Source: Gammaproteobacteria bacterium
GTDB taxonomy: Bacteria; Pseudomonadota; Gammaproteobacteria; SG8-11
Reading direction: 5' to 3'
NCBI GenBank assembly: GCA_030610155.1
Contig: JAUWSG010000003.1
Coordinates: forward strand, 1 to 54,934
Length of the DNA: 54,934 nt
Part shown: positions 1-12,586 of the stretch, piece by piece
Numbering within the stretch: the stretch's first letter is position 1
Layout: every line of letters begins with the position of its first letter
Notes under the pieces: model-generated
Databases searched by the model: none
What the model saw: only the letters and a program-made list of their open reading frames with translations
What the model was told of the DNA's origin: nothing
Made by a program: the position numbers and the translations under genes

Positions 1-549
1 CGCGAACTAGGTCTGGTAGCGGATGATAGATGGGCGGCATTCTGCATTAAACGTGACGCTATTGAGCATGAAAATCATCGAATAAGCTCTAATTTCGTCG
101 ATCCTGTGAGACTGGAAAAGACGGATATGGAGCGCGTTTTGGGCCAGGTCTTGAGCCGTGAATACAGTCTGCTGGATCTGCTGCGGCGCCCGGAAGTCAA
201 TTATGCCAGCTTGATGACCCTGGAAGGGGCGGGTGATGCGGTCGCTGATCCGTTTGTCGCGGAGCAAGTGGAGATTCAGGCCAAATATGCGGGCTATATC
301 GAACGACAGCAGTTGGAAATCGAGCGTCATCGTCGTCATGAGCAAATGTGTCTCCCCGAGTCGCTCGATTACCAGCAAGTACGTGGTTTATCAAATGAGG
401 TGAGTCAAAAGTTGTCTACTTCACGTCCATCGACACTGGGGCAGGCAGGGCGTATACCGGGTGTCACGCCTGCCGCCATCTCCCTGTTGCTGGTGCACAT
501 GAAAAAGCATTATCGATTGGATGCGGATGACCGGATCAGCGTCGCTTGA
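1..549 (+). CDS. mnmG: tRNA uridine 5-carboxymethylaminomethyl modification enzyme MnmG (GidA), 3' portion; gene starts before the window
   Basis: Frame open from base 1 (RELGLVADDRW...); C-terminal motifs EQVEIQAKYAGYI, GLSNEV, TLGQAGRIPGVTPAAISLL; upstream of rsmG. Confidence 0.96.
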   Translation, partial: RELGLVADDRWAAFCIKRDAIEHENHRISSNFVDPVRLEKTDMERVLGQVLSREYSLLDLLRRPEVNYASLMTLEGAGDAVADPFVAEQVEIQAKYAGYIERQQLEIERHRRHEQMCLPESLDYQQVRGLSNEVSQKLSTSRPSTLGQAGRIPGVTPAAISLLLVHMKKHYRLDADDRISVA

Positions 550-563
550 GTGTAATCTGAAGA

Positions 564-1283
564 TTGAGTAAATCGTCACAACTATCATTACAGCTACCGT
601 TGCTGGACCAGGGGTTGGCCGCACTGAACCTGGAGTGTGGCGAGCACCAGAAAAAGCAATTGCTCGATTTTGCGGCCTTATTGCTCAAATGGAATCGTGT
701 ATACAATCTCACATCAATCAGTGATCCGCAGCAGATTATTATCAAGCATCTACTCGATAGTTTGACGCTGGTGCCTTTTTTACAGGGACCACGCAGCGGC
801 CCTGAGCCTGTAGGCAGCCCTGAACTTGTGGATGGCCAGCAGGGTGGCAAACGTATTATCGATGTGGGTAGCGGTGCAGGCTTGCCTGGCTTGCCTCTGG
901 CGATCATGTTTCCCGATTATGATTTTCTATTGCTCGACAGTAATAGCAAAAAGACCCGGTTTATCGTGCAGGCTGTCAGTGAGCTGGGATTAAAAAATTG
1001 TCATGTTGAGACCTCGCCAGTGCAGGATTTTCAGCCAGACAGGCGTTTTGATATCGTCACAAGCCGGGCATTGACGTCACTGGTAGAGATGATCGAAAAG
1101 ACAGCGCATTTGTGCGCAAAAAATGGTCTTTTTTTACTCATGAAAGGAACATTTCCGACACAGGAATTGGAAACTCTCCCGGATGAGGTTATTGTTAGAT
1201 CTGTTGACCGGGTAGAGGTGCCGGGTCTGGATGCCGAAAGGCATATAGTTTGTTTGCAAGATAAAGCCTTATTAACAAAATAA
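564..1283 (+). CDS. rsmG: 16S rRNA m7G527 methyltransferase RsmG (GidB) with a ~20-aa insert
   Basis: LLKWNRVYNLTS, HLLDSL, DVGSGAGLPG, LLDSNSKKTRF, VTSRA, LMKG motifs; synteny; TTG start uncertain. Confidence 0.95.
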   Translation: MSKSSQLSLQLPLLDQGLAALNLECGEHQKKQLLDFAALLLKWNRVYNLTSISDPQQIIIKHLLDSLTLVPFLQGPRSGPEPVGSPELVDGQQGGKRIIDVGSGAGLPGLPLAIMFPDYDFLLLDSNSKKTRFIVQAVSELGLKNCHVETSPVQDFQPDRRFDIVTSRALTSLVEMIEKTAHLCAKNGLFLLMKGTFPTQELETLPDEVIVRSVDRVEVPGLDAERHIVCLQDKALLTK

Positions 1284-1296
1284 GGCCGGGTGATTA

Positions 1297-2172
1297 ATGA
1301 TGGATGAACATGACGATACACAAAGCGAACGGCGCGATCAGCCGCATGATGAAAATCATGTTGAGCAACGTGAAACAGTCGCGCGCAGTAAAGGCAAAGT
1401 GATCGCCATCACCAATCAAAAAGGTGGGGTAGGAAAAACGACAACCTCGGTGAACCTGGCTGCCTCCATCGCGGCCACCCGGCGTAAGGTATTATTAATA
1501 GACCTTGATCCCCAGGGAAATGTCACAATGGGCAGCGGGAGTAATAAAAACACTGTTGAATCATCCAGTTATGATGTGTTGCTCGGCGAGAAAACGATTC
1601 AGGAAGTGATGATTCCGTTGCAGCAGGTAGGTTATTCACTGGTGCCATCTAATGCCGATCTGACGGCCGCCGAGGTTGAGTTACTTAAGGTCACCGAACA
1701 TGAAAGGCGCTTACGTAATGCCCTGGCGCAGGTGCAATATGAATTTGATTATGTGCTGATAGATTGTCCGCCCTCATTGAATATGTTGACGGTCAATGCA
1801 TTGGTCGCGGCCCATTCGGTCATGATCCCGATGCAGTGTGAATATTATGCGCTGGAAGGTTTGTCTGCATTAATCACGACGATAGAGAGTATTCGCCACT
1901 CCCTGAACCCGCAATTACATATTGAAGGTTTACTGCGTACGATGTTTGATCCGCGCAACAATTTATCCATGCAAGTCACGGAACAGTTGGTAGAACATTT
2001 TGGTGATAAGATGTATCGCACTGTTATTCCTAGAAATATTCGGCTCGCCGAAGCGCCGAGTCATGGCTTGCCGATACTTTATTATGACAAGGGGTCGCGT
2101 GGTGCGCAGGCTTATCTGGCGCTGGCCGGGGAAGTTTTGAGGAGGGATGCGATGGCGGGGGGCAGGAACTGA
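1297..2172 (+). CDS. parA: Chromosome partitioning ATPase ParA/Soj
   Basis: Deviant Walker [46 protein letters not shown]; acidic ~30-aa N-terminal extension. Confidence 0.95.
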   Translation: MMDEHDDTQSERRDQPHDENHVEQRETVARSKGKVIAITNQKGGVGKTTTSVNLAASIAATRRKVLLIDLDPQGNVTMGSGSNKNTVESSSYDVLLGEKTIQEVMIPLQQVGYSLVPSNADLTAAEVELLKVTEHERRLRNALAQVQYEFDYVLIDCPPSLNMLTVNALVAAHSVMIPMQCEYYALEGLSALITTIESIRHSLNPQLHIEGLLRTMFDPRNNLSMQVTEQLVEHFGDKMYRTVIPRNIRLAEAPSHGLPILYYDKGSRGAQAYLALAGEVLRRDAMAGGRN

Positions 2173-2242
2173 CCATAAACTGATCGCAAGTTAAGTGTTC
2201 CGGGTGTAAAAATTAAAAATACTGGCAATAGAGATAAACAAA

Positions 2243-3127
2243 ATGGGTATCAAGATGGCGACTAGAAAACGAGGTTTGGGAAGGGGGTTGGATGCATTAT
2301 TAGGCGGGTTGGACCCCAATCCCAAAGCATCAGAGCAATCGGCGCATGATGGTGAATTGCGTCAGTTGCCGGTAGATTTGATTCAGCCCGGTAAATATCA
2401 GCCTCGTATTGATATGCATAGCGACACATTGGAAGACCTGGCAAGTTCCATTCGTGTGCAAGGTGTCATCCAGCCGATCGTCGTGCGTGCGACTGGCGAC
2501 AATCAATATGAAATTATCGCCGGAGAACGTCGCTGGCGGGCTGCGCAAATTGCTGAATTGCATGAAATTCCTGCTGTAATACGTGTTGTGCCGGATGAAG
2601 CGGCTATTGCGATGGCGTTGATCGAGAATATTCAGCGGGAAAATCTTAACGCGATGGAAGAAGCGATTGCGTTGCAGCGTTTGATTGATGAGTTTCAAAT
2701 GACACACCAGCAGGCGGCGGATGCAGTGGGGCGCTCGAGAACGGCAGTCTCCAATTTATTGCGTTTGTTGACGCTGGAAGCGGACGTTAAACAATTTGCC
2801 CAGGACGGCAAGCTGGAGATGGGTCATGCACGTGCATTGCTGGCTTTATCGGGTGATAAGCAAATCAGGGCCGCCAGGGATGTGATCGCGCGCCAGCTTT
2901 CGGTGCGTGAAACTGAAAATCTGGTACGTAAGCTGGCCGAACCCCGACAAAAGAGTGCCAAAGCAGCCAATACACTCAGTCCTGACATCAGGAAATTTCA
3001 GGATGATTTATCGGCGCGTCTGGGGGCTAAAGTGGCGATACAGCATAAGGAAAAAGGCGCTGGAAAGCTGATCGTGCATTACAATAATCTTGATGAGCTT
3101 GAAGGGATATTAGGGCACTTAAAATAG
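2243..3127 (+). CDS. parB: Chromosome partitioning protein ParB/Spo0J
   Basis: GLGRGLDALL, YQPR, IIAGERRWRAA (CTP box), ALIENIQRENL, HTH GRSRTAVSNLLRLL; start may be ATG 2255. Confidence 0.95.
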   Translation: MGIKMATRKRGLGRGLDALLGGLDPNPKASEQSAHDGELRQLPVDLIQPGKYQPRIDMHSDTLEDLASSIRVQGVIQPIVVRATGDNQYEIIAGERRWRAAQIAELHEIPAVIRVVPDEAAIAMALIENIQRENLNAMEEAIALQRLIDEFQMTHQQAADAVGRSRTAVSNLLRLLTLEADVKQFAQDGKLEMGHARALLALSGDKQIRAARDVIARQLSVRETENLVRKLAEPRQKSAKAANTLSPDIRKFQDDLSARLGAKVAIQHKEKGAGKLIVHYNNLDELEGILGHLK

Positions 3128-3260
3128 TTTGTCCCCGTTTTTTGTTTATAGTGGGTGTATTTGTCCGTGTTGACTACCCCTTAAGTGATATGGCTTTGTC
3201 GCGGTTGTTTCTGCATGTGAAATAAAGTTCAATTTTAATCGTTTTAACTCCTACTTAAAC

Positions 3261-3296
3261 TTGCGGTGTGGTGAGCATGAACGCTATAATGCCGCG
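3261..3296 (+). promoter_or_regulatory. Putative sigma70 promoter of the atp operon
   Basis: TTGCGG (3261-3266), 18-nt spacer, perfect TATAAT (3285-3290), GC-rich discriminator GCCGCG. Confidence 0.6.
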
Positions 3297-3317
3297 TCCA
3301 AAATTCTGGTGATTTAC

Positions 3318-3539
3318 ATGGCGAAGGCCAAACCTAAAAGCCCCGGGCTCTTGCTTATCGGGGTGGGGACTATCCTGGCATCAACGGTTATTTCAGGGTT
3401 CATTTTGGGGTTTCTGACGGATATGTGGTTAGAAACGTCGCCTGTTTTTATGTTGTTATTTGGCGGGCTGGGCGTGATAGGCGGGTTTTTGAAAGTCTAC
3501 AAAATGTTAATGGACCCGAAATTAAACAAGGGACTCTAG
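3318..3539 (+). CDS. AtpZ/AtpI-family (ATPase gene 1) small membrane protein
   Basis: Two hydrophobic helices with GFILGFLTD.WL.TSPVF pattern; first gene of the atp operon; start moved to ATG 3318, downstream of the promoter. Confidence 0.8.
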   Translation: MAKAKPKSPGLLLIGVGTILASTVISGFILGFLTDMWLETSPVFMLLFGGLGVIGGFLKVYKMLMDPKLNKGL

Positions 3540-3550
3540 GTTAATTAACG

Positions 3551-3979
3551 ATGAGTCAATTGAACGACAGGCAGTTGAACAACGGCCCATTGAGCAAGGC
3601 GACCGCGGTTAAACAGGTGCTTGAACAAGGCCGCAAGGTTATAAGCCTGCAATTACTAATGACATTGCTGGCGGCTGCAGGTTTTTTTGCAGGGCAAGGA
3701 TTCGATGCCGCTCAAGCGGCTGTATTTGGTGGGCTGACCAGTGTTTTGTCTACCGTGTTATTGAGTTACGGGGTCAAGCGTGCCACTGAGACAGTGGTGC
3801 AAAGCCCGGCTAAAAGTACCGCGATATTGTACTTCGGTGCGGCGCAAAGATTTTTACTGGTGCTGGTGTGTTTCGCATTCGGCCTGGCAATACTCAAGCT
3901 CTATCCGCTTGGTGTGTTTGCCGGTTTTGCATTAGCCCAGATCGCATACGTCATCAGCATGGCGATGCTTAGAAAGTAA
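3551..3979 (+). CDS. atpI: ATP synthase protein I
   Basis: Four TM segments, basic, immediately upstream of atpB. Confidence 0.82.
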   Translation: MSQLNDRQLNNGPLSKATAVKQVLEQGRKVISLQLLMTLLAAAGFFAGQGFDAAQAAVFGGLTSVLSTVLLSYGVKRATETVVQSPAKSTAILYFGAAQRFLLVLVCFAFGLAILKLYPLGVFAGFALAQIAYVISMAMLRK

Positions 3980-4007
3980 TATTAGTTTGCTTTTAGTTCG
4001 ACAATGA

Positions 4008-4883
<876 letters not shown>

Positions 4884-4938
4884 TAGTTTGTGTAACAGTT
4901 TTTTAATTTTATAGTTATAAATATCTAAGGAGAAATTT

Positions 4939-5232
4939 ATGGATGCTGATATGTTAGCAACAATCTATGCCTACACTGCAGTAGGAGTGGGTGTCATTCT
5001 TGCCGCTGCGGGCCTGGGGTCAGCGATAGGTTGGGGTCTTATTTGTGCCAAAACGCTGGAAGGCATTGCACGTCAGCCTGAAATGCGTCCTGCGTTAATG
5101 ACTAACATGTTTATTTTCGCTGGTTTGATGGAGTCTTTTCCGTTCATCATTTTAGCGTTCGCAATGTGGTTCCTGTTCGCAAACCCGTTTGTTGGTGCGT
5201 TGGAAGCTGCTGTTAATGCGCTTGCCGGTTAA
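4939..5232 (+). CDS. atpE: F0 ATP synthase subunit c
   Basis: Helical hairpin with ARQPE loop, carboxylate in GLMESFP; RBS AAGGAG. Confidence 0.96.
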   Translation: MDADMLATIYAYTAVGVGVILAAAGLGSAIGWGLICAKTLEGIARQPEMRPALMTNMFIFAGLMESFPFIILAFAMWFLFANPFVGALEAAVNALAG

Positions 5233-5273
5233 TTTAGACTTATTTTTAAGTGAATGATTAGAGGAACTGCATA

Positions 5274-5744
5274 ATGAATATTACTGTCACCCTGATTGGG
5301 CAGATGGTCGCCTTCATTCTATTGATCTGGTTTGTGAATAAAGTCCTTTGGGGCCCAATGTCACAAATGATGGAAGCACGCCAAAAGAAAATCGCTGATG
5401 GTCTGGCTGCAGCAGACAAAGGAAAACATGATCTGGAGCTTGCTGAAAAGCGGGCCACTGATGTTTTGAAGAAGGCAAAGTCACAGGCAGCTGATATCGT
5501 CGCACAAGCCCAAAAGCGCGCGGGCGAAATCGTCGAAGAATCAAAAGATACAGCGCGTGTAGAAGGTGAGCGCCTGGTCACTGCTGCGAAAGCGGAAATT
5601 GACCGGGAAATAAACCAGGCTAAGGAACAGCTTCGTAGTCAGGTTTCAGCAATTGCCTTGCAGGGTGCTGGAAAAATACTAAAACATGAAGTTGACGCCA
5701 GCGCGCACAACGAGCTTTTAAAAGATCTGGCCGCCCAGATTTAG
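5274..5744 (+). CDS. atpF: F0 ATP synthase subunit b
   Basis: [11 protein letters not shown]-terminal [14 protein letters not shown] coiled coil; 156 aa. Confidence 0.97.
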   Translation: MNITVTLIGQMVAFILLIWFVNKVLWGPMSQMMEARQKKIADGLAAADKGKHDLELAEKRATDVLKKAKSQAADIVAQAQKRAGEIVEESKDTARVEGERLVTAAKAEIDREINQAKEQLRSQVSAIALQGAGKILKHEVDASAHNELLKDLAAQI

Positions 5745-5839
5745 GATCCTTACTTTAGCGCTTATGGAGCTGCTCAGGAATGACCGGGCGGGTGACCTGA
5801 GCAGGAAGAAACAGGAAAGAAGCAGGAAGACAGGTAAAA

Positions 5840-6376
5840 ATGGCAGAAATTACAACCGTTGCACGACCATATTCACAAGCTGTGTTTGAGTTCGCGCAAA
5901 GTAAAAACAAGTTTGCAGAATGGTCACAGATGCTGGGCTTTATGTCTGCTGTAGTGTCAGAACCACAAATGCAATCCCTGGTGAATAACACCACCATTAA
6001 AAAAGACAAGTTAACAAAACTCATGGCTGATATTTGTAGTGGCAAGCTGGATGAGCATGGTCTTAATTTTGTTAAGGTGTTAATGGAAAACCGGCGTCTG
6101 GTTTTGTTGCCTGAAATCGCGCTGCAATATGAAACCCTGCGTGCAGAAGCAGAGGGTACCATTGAAGCAGAAATTGTCTCTGCATTTGCAGTGAGTGAAG
6201 CGCAACAGTCAGACATTGCAGCTGCATTGCAAAAAAGGCTGGGTCGAAAAGTCACTTTAAAAACAACAATTAATGAAGATTTAATTGGTGGTGCGGTTGT
6301 GAAGGCGGGTGATCTGGTCATTGATGGCTCTGCATTAGGACGTTTGGATAAATTATCCACCGCCATGAATGTTTAA
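5840..6376 (+). CDS. atpH: F1 ATP synthase subunit delta
   Basis: MAEITTVARPY, ENRRL, LIGGAVVKAGDLVIDGS. Confidence 0.97.
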   Translation: MAEITTVARPYSQAVFEFAQSKNKFAEWSQMLGFMSAVVSEPQMQSLVNNTTIKKDKLTKLMADICSGKLDEHGLNFVKVLMENRRLVLLPEIALQYETLRAEAEGTIEAEIVSAFAVSEAQQSDIAAALQKRLGRKVTLKTTINEDLIGGAVVKAGDLVIDGSALGRLDKLSTAMNV

Positions 6377-6444
6377 TTTTAATAGTTTGAAACGAATTTA
6401 GAAATAACCACCAATCTCTATTTTAAAGGTTAGAGGGAAGCAAA

Positions 6445-7986
6445 ATGCAATTAAATGCTGCAGAAATAAGCGAGTTAATCAAAAAGCAAATCGAGAACTT
6501 CGAGGTCAAAACCGAAGCGCGTAATGAAGGCACAGTAGTCAGTTTGTCTGATGGTATTGTGCGTGTTCATGGCCTGTCAGATGTGATGCAGGGTGAAATG
6601 ATCGAGTTCCCTGGCAATACATTTGGTATGGCACTGAACCTTGAGCGTGATTCTGTAGGTGCGGTGGTATTAGGCCCATATGGACATATCACCGAAGGTG
6701 ATACGGTCAAATGTACCGGTCGAATTCTGGAAGTGCCCGTCGGGGAAGCGATGCTGGGGCGTGTTGTTGATTCCCTGGGTAATCCTATCGACGGTAAAGG
6801 TCCGATCAATACAACGGAAAAATCACCGATTGAAAAAGTAGCGCCGGGTGTGATTGCGCGTAAATCAGTTGACCAACCTGTGCAAACCGGTTTGAAGTCG
6901 ATTGATGCGATGATTCCAGTTGGACGGGGCCAGCGTGAGTTGATTATCGGCGATCGTCAGACAGGTAAAACGGCTGTTGCGATTGATGCGATCATCAACC
7001 AGAAAGGCACCGGTATTAAATGTATATATGTCGCCATTGGCCAAAAGGCATCTTCAGTTTCTGCTGTTGTACGTAAACTGGAAGAACATGGTGCTCTGGA
7101 ACATACGATCATTGTTGCCGCGACAGCATCTGAATCTGCTGCATTACAATTTATTGCGCCTTATGCAGGTTGTGCAATGGGCGAATACTTCCGTGATCGT
7201 GGTGAAGATGCACTGATTGTCTATGATGATCTCACGAAACAGGCATGGGCTTATCGTCAGGTGTCATTATTATTAAGACGTCCACCAGGACGTGAAGCGT
7301 ATCCGGGCGACGTTTTCTATTTGCACTCGCGTTTGCTGGAACGTGCTGCGCGTGTAAATGCTGATTTTGTTGAAAAGGCGACTAATGGCGCTGTGAAAGG
7401 AAAAACAGGTTCTTTGACTGCGTTGCCAATCATTGAAACCCAGGCCGGTGACGTGTCAGCGTTCGTACCCACCAACGTGATCTCTATTACTGACGGCCAG
7501 ATTTTCCTTGAAACGGATTTGTTTAACGCGGGTATTCGACCTGCTGTAAACGCGGGCCTTTCTGTATCGCGTGTAGGTGGTGCGGCACAGACAAAAATTA
7601 TCAAAAAGCTGGGTGGCGGTATTCGTCTCGATCTGGCGCAATATCGTGAGCTGGCGGCTTTTGCTCAGTTTGCTTCTGATCTTGATGAAGCTACTCGTAA
7701 GCAAATCGAACGTGGCCAGCGTGTGACCGAGTTGATGAAGCAGGGGCAATATTCAACCTTGAGTGTTGCTGAAACCGCGTTCTCATTGTTTGCAGCCAAT
7801 GAAGGTTTTCTTGATGATGTTGACGTGAATAAGATCGTCGACTTTGAAGCGGCTTTACATGCTTATCTTCGTTCCAGTCACAGTGGTATGTTAGATCGCA
7901 TCAATGAAAATGGCGATTTTAACGATGAGATCGCGGCTGAAATGAAAGGCATTATTGAAGAATTCAAAGCGAACAATACTTGGTAA
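6445..7986 (+). CDS. atpA: F1 ATP synthase subunit alpha
   Basis: GDRQTGKT Walker [24 protein letters not shown]; 513 aa. Confidence 0.99.
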   Translation: MQLNAAEISELIKKQIENFEVKTEARNEGTVVSLSDGIVRVHGLSDVMQGEMIEFPGNTFGMALNLERDSVGAVVLGPYGHITEGDTVKCTGRILEVPVGEAMLGRVVDSLGNPIDGKGPINTTEKSPIEKVAPGVIARKSVDQPVQTGLKSIDAMIPVGRGQRELIIGDRQTGKTAVAIDAIINQKGTGIKCIYVAIGQKASSVSAVVRKLEEHGALEHTIIVAATASESAALQFIAPYAGCAMGEYFRDRGEDALIVYDDLTKQAWAYRQVSLLLRRPPGREAYPGDVFYLHSRLLERAARVNADFVEKATNGAVKGKTGSLTALPIIETQAGDVSAFVPTNVISITDGQIFLETDLFNAGIRPAVNAGLSVSRVGGAAQTKIIKKLGGGIRLDLAQYRELAAFAQFASDLDEATRKQIERGQRVTELMKQGQYSTLSVAETAFSLFAANEGFLDDVDVNKIVDFEAALHAYLRSSHSGMLDRINENGDFNDEIAAEMKGIIEEFKANNTW

Positions 7987-8000
7987 GTAGAGGCTGAATC

Positions 8001-8864
8001 ATGGCTGTTGGAAAAGAAATCAGGACCAAGATCAGGAGTATCCAGAATACGCAGAAGATTACGCGTGCGATGGAAATGGTCGCGGCCAGTAAAATGCGCA
8101 AGGCCCAGGAACGCATGAGCGCTGCAAGGCCTTATGCAGAGAAAATCCGTAATGTTATTCGCCATCTGGCGCATGCTCATCCTGAATACAAACATCCTTA
8201 TCTCATAGATCGAGAAGTGAAGCGCGTCGGTTTTATTGTGATTGCATCGGATCGTGGTTTGTGTGGTGGCCTGAACTCAAACTTGTTCAAAAAATCTGTC
8301 AGGGCAATGAAAGAGTGGCAGGAAAAAAGTATTGAAATTGATTTGTGCGCCATCGGACAAAAAGCAACGACTTTTTTTAATCGTTTTAACGCCAATATGG
8401 TCGCGCAGGCAACTCATTTGGGTGATGCTCCTCGCGCAGAAGACCTGATTGGTACGGTCAAGGTCATGCTGGATGCGTTTGATAAAGGCGAAATTGATCG
8501 ACTGTATATTGTTTACAATGAATTTGTGAACACCATGACGCAAAATCCTGAAGTTGAGCAACTGCTGCCAATTCATAGTGAAGAAGCGGATGATGAGCTG
8601 AAGCATCACTGGGACTATATTTATGAACCAGAAGCGAAAGAAGTTCTGGATGGCTTGCTGATGCGTTATATCGAGTCTTTGGTTTATCAGGGTGTTGTAG
8701 AGAATTTTGCCTGTGAAATGGCTGCGCGTATGGTTGCGATGAAGAGCGCTTCTGATAATGCCGGTGACCTGATTGGAGATCTGCAGCTTGTGTACAACAA
8801 GGCAAGACAGGCAGCAATTACCCAGGAATTGTCAGAAATCGTTGCAGGTGCAGCAGCAGTATAG
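8001..8864 (+). CDS. atpG: F1 ATP synthase subunit gamma
   Basis: [42 protein letters not shown]. Confidence 0.99.
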   Translation: MAVGKEIRTKIRSIQNTQKITRAMEMVAASKMRKAQERMSAARPYAEKIRNVIRHLAHAHPEYKHPYLIDREVKRVGFIVIASDRGLCGGLNSNLFKKSVRAMKEWQEKSIEIDLCAIGQKATTFFNRFNANMVAQATHLGDAPRAEDLIGTVKVMLDAFDKGEIDRLYIVYNEFVNTMTQNPEVEQLLPIHSEEADDELKHHWDYIYEPEAKEVLDGLLMRYIESLVYQGVVENFACEMAARMVAMKSASDNAGDLIGDLQLVYNKARQAAITQELSEIVAGAAAV

Positions 8865-8945
8865 CGCTGAATAGAACGGCGATGGCGATGCCGGCAACAC
8901 GGGCTACGCTAATTAATGTAGGTTAAAAGTTTTTGCTAACTACTT

Positions 8946-8987
8946 TTGTTAACTACAGGTTGTTAACTACAGGTTGTTAACTACAGG
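8946..8987. repeat. Tandem repeat, 3 exact copies of TTGTTAACTACAGG (14 bp), with a degenerate copy at 8933-8945
   Basis: Read directly in the atpG-atpD spacer. Confidence 0.95.
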
Positions 8988-9002
8988 CTAGAGCCAGTTT
9001 AA

Positions 9003-10412
<1,410 letters not shown>

Positions 10413-10445
10413 AGATTTCCTGAATAGATTAATGGGAACAAGAAT

Positions 10446-10871
10446 ATGGCGATGACAGTTCATGTTGACATAGTAAGTGCAGAATCTGAAATATTTTCAG
10501 GTTTGGCTGAAATGGTTTTTGCACCGGGTGAAATGGGTGAGCTGGGTATTATGCCCAGACATACGCCTTTGCTCACCAAGCTAAAACCGGGCGAAGTCAG
10601 AGTGGTTTTACCAGGTGACGAGGAAGAAACTTTCTACGTCTCTGGCGGTATGCTGGAAGTTCAACCAAATTCCATCACCATTCTATCGGACACGGCAGTA
10701 CGGGCCAGCGATCTGGATGAAGCGGCTGCGGTGGAAGCCAAAGAACGCGCTGAACAGGCCATGAAAGATCGTAAGGGCGAAGTGGACTACGCGGCGGCCG
10801 AGGTTGAACTGGCCCAGGCGGTTGCCCAGTTAAGAGCAATTCAAGGTATCAGGAAAAAGTTGGGCCGTTAA
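10446..10871 (+). CDS. atpC: F1 ATP synthase subunit epsilon
   Basis: [32 protein letters not shown]. Confidence 0.98.
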   Translation: MAMTVHVDIVSAESEIFSGLAEMVFAPGEMGELGIMPRHTPLLTKLKPGEVRVVLPGDEEETFYVSGGMLEVQPNSITILSDTAVRASDLDEAAAVEAKERAEQAMKDRKGEVDYAAAEVELAQAVAQLRAIQGIRKKLGR

Positions 10872-10899
10872 TGGCTGGTTTTTAACAATATTCCTAACG

Positions 10900-10926
10900 A
10901 AGGGCAGTTTTTACTGCCCTTTTTTA
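10900..10926 (+). terminator. Rho-independent terminator of the atp operon
   Basis: AAGGGCAGT-tttt-ACTGCCCTT followed by a T-run. Confidence 0.85.
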
Positions 10927-10976
10927 TTTCTTTAATATTGATATTATTATGCCGATAAACTTGATTCAGCAATATA

Positions 10977-11108
10977 TTCACCGCAAAGGCGCATTTGAAC
11001 AGGGAAGTTCTTATGTCGCGAGAGCACATGGATGTGCGGAGCGACAAGAACGCAAAGTTTTTTTAGTAATAATGAATTTCTTTGCGTTCTTTGCGCCTTT
11101 GCGGTGAA
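10977..11108. repeat. Dispersed palindromic element (TTCACCGCAAAGGCGCA/AAGAACGCAAAG ... CTTTGCGTTCTTTGCGCCTTTGCGGTGAA) whose left arm is split by a 52-bp palindromic insert
   Basis: Removing 10994-11045 gives a left arm that is the exact reverse complement of 11080-11108. Confidence 0.88.
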
Positions 11109-11155
11109 ATGATGTTTTCAGGTGAATGAGTAACATAACTACAATCTTGATTTCT

Positions 11156-12526
11156 ATGACAAATAATCTGACAGTTGTTATTTTGGCAGCAGGACAGGGC
11201 ACCCGGATGAAATCCGATTTACCCAAAGTGCTGCATCGTATTGCCAATAAATCGATTCTGGAACACGTTATCGACACGGCACAACAGTTGGGCGCGGGTT
11301 CTATTTCTGTCGTTTATGGGCATGGTGGTGAACGTGTCCCGCAAACCCTGGCGCATTTACCGGTAAACTGGATAGAGCAAGCCGAGCAATTAGGTACCGG
11401 ACATGCGGTTGCGCAAGCCATTCCGTCCATCCAGGCGGAAGATATTGTCCTGGTTTTATATGGTGATGTGCCGCTGATCAGCAAAGAGACGCTGGTCGAA
11501 TTGATTGCTGCGGCCGGGAAAGATTCTCTGGGTCTGCTGACGGCAAAACTGGACGACCCGACCGGTTATGGTCGTATTGTGCGAGATGAATCGAACAAGG
11601 TGCTCAGAATCGTCGAGCATAAAGACGCCTCAGAAGATGAACGGCAGATCAATGAAATCAATACCGGTCTTTTGGCTGTTGGAAGGAACAAGTTGGCCGG
11701 CTGGCTGGAAAAGCTGGACAATAAAAATGCTCAGGGTGAATATTATTTAACAGATATAATTGCCTTGTCTGTGCAGGACAATACTGACATTAATACAACG
11801 TCTGTTGATAAAATAGCAGAAGTAATGGGGATTAATGACAAGGTACAGTTAGCAGAGATGGAAAGAGAATATCAAATGGATCAAGCTGAAAAATTAATGC
11901 GTCAGGGTGTGACCTTGCGTGACCCGCGCCGCGTGGATATTCGAGGCGATGTCACCGCCGGCAAAGATGTCGAGATTGATGTTAATGTCATATTTGAAGG
12001 TACAGTAAAACTTGGCAACCGGGTAAGTGTGGGCGCGGGTTCGATATTGCGCGATGTTGTGGTGGGCGATGACGTTACCATTAAAGATTATTGTGTGATT
12101 GAAGATGCCAACATCGGTGCGGCCTGTCAAATCGGGCCCTTTGCCAGGATCAGGCCGGAGACCAGGCTGGAAGAAAATGTTCATATTGGTAACTTCGTAG
12201 AAGTTAAAAAATCTCAAATCGACAAGGGCTCCAAGATTAACCACCTGAGTTATATTGGTGATACCACGATGGGATCCAAAGTTAATATTGGTGCCGGTAC
12301 CATTACCTGTAATTATGACGGTGCTAATAAACACCAGACAAAAATTGGTAACGATGTATTTGTTGGTTCAGATACGCAATTTATCGCGCCAGTCGAAATT
12401 GGTGATGGTGCGACGATAGGGGCAGGGTCCACCATTACAAAAGAAGTGCTTGCCGGGGAGTTAACATTGAGTCGCAGTAAGCAAGTGTCTATTAAAGGCT
12501 GGCAGCGTCCCAGGAAGAAAAAGTAA
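11156..12526 (+). CDS. glmU: Bifunctional UDP-GlcNAc pyrophosphorylase/glucosamine-1-P acetyltransferase
   Basis: LAAGQGTRMKS, LGTGHAV, YGDVPL, hexapeptide repeats, HLSYIGD, NYDGANK; start at 11156 or 11126. Confidence 0.98.
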   Translation: MTNNLTVVILAAGQGTRMKSDLPKVLHRIANKSILEHVIDTAQQLGAGSISVVYGHGGERVPQTLAHLPVNWIEQAEQLGTGHAVAQAIPSIQAEDIVLVLYGDVPLISKETLVELIAAAGKDSLGLLTAKLDDPTGYGRIVRDESNKVLRIVEHKDASEDERQINEINTGLLAVGRNKLAGWLEKLDNKNAQGEYYLTDIIALSVQDNTDINTTSVDKIAEVMGINDKVQLAEMEREYQMDQAEKLMRQGVTLRDPRRVDIRGDVTAGKDVEIDVNVIFEGTVKLGNRVSVGAGSILRDVVVGDDVTIKDYCVIEDANIGAACQIGPFARIRPETRLEENVHIGNFVEVKKSQIDKGSKINHLSYIGDTTMGSKVNIGAGTITCNYDGANKHQTKIGNDVFVGSDTQFIAPVEIGDGATIGAGSTITKEVLAGELTLSRSKQVSIKGWQRPRKKK

Positions 12527-12586
12527 AGTCAGTATGGTTTATGCTCAATTCAGTGCTCGATTTATAGAAACAAGAGGTATGAAATA

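Noticed and set aside
3206-3224. parS-like sequence TGTTTCTGCATGTGAAATA after parB
   Set aside because: Only about 11/16 to TGTTTCACGTGAAACA and not properly palindromic
4939-5232. Na+-translocating ATP synthase
   Set aside because: Helix-1 Gln and the downstream Tyr of the Na+ signature are absent
5755-6366. Long antisense ORFs in the track (e.g. 5755-6366, 16848-17402, 17730-18248)
   Set aside because: Shadow frames of well-supported genes on the opposite strand
8933-8987. CRISPR array
   Set aside because: Repeats are 14 bp and directly adjacent, with no spacers or cas genes
11011-11277. Minus-strand 88-aa ORF containing HRKGAKNAK
   Set aside because: Antisense to glmU and a translation of repeat DNA
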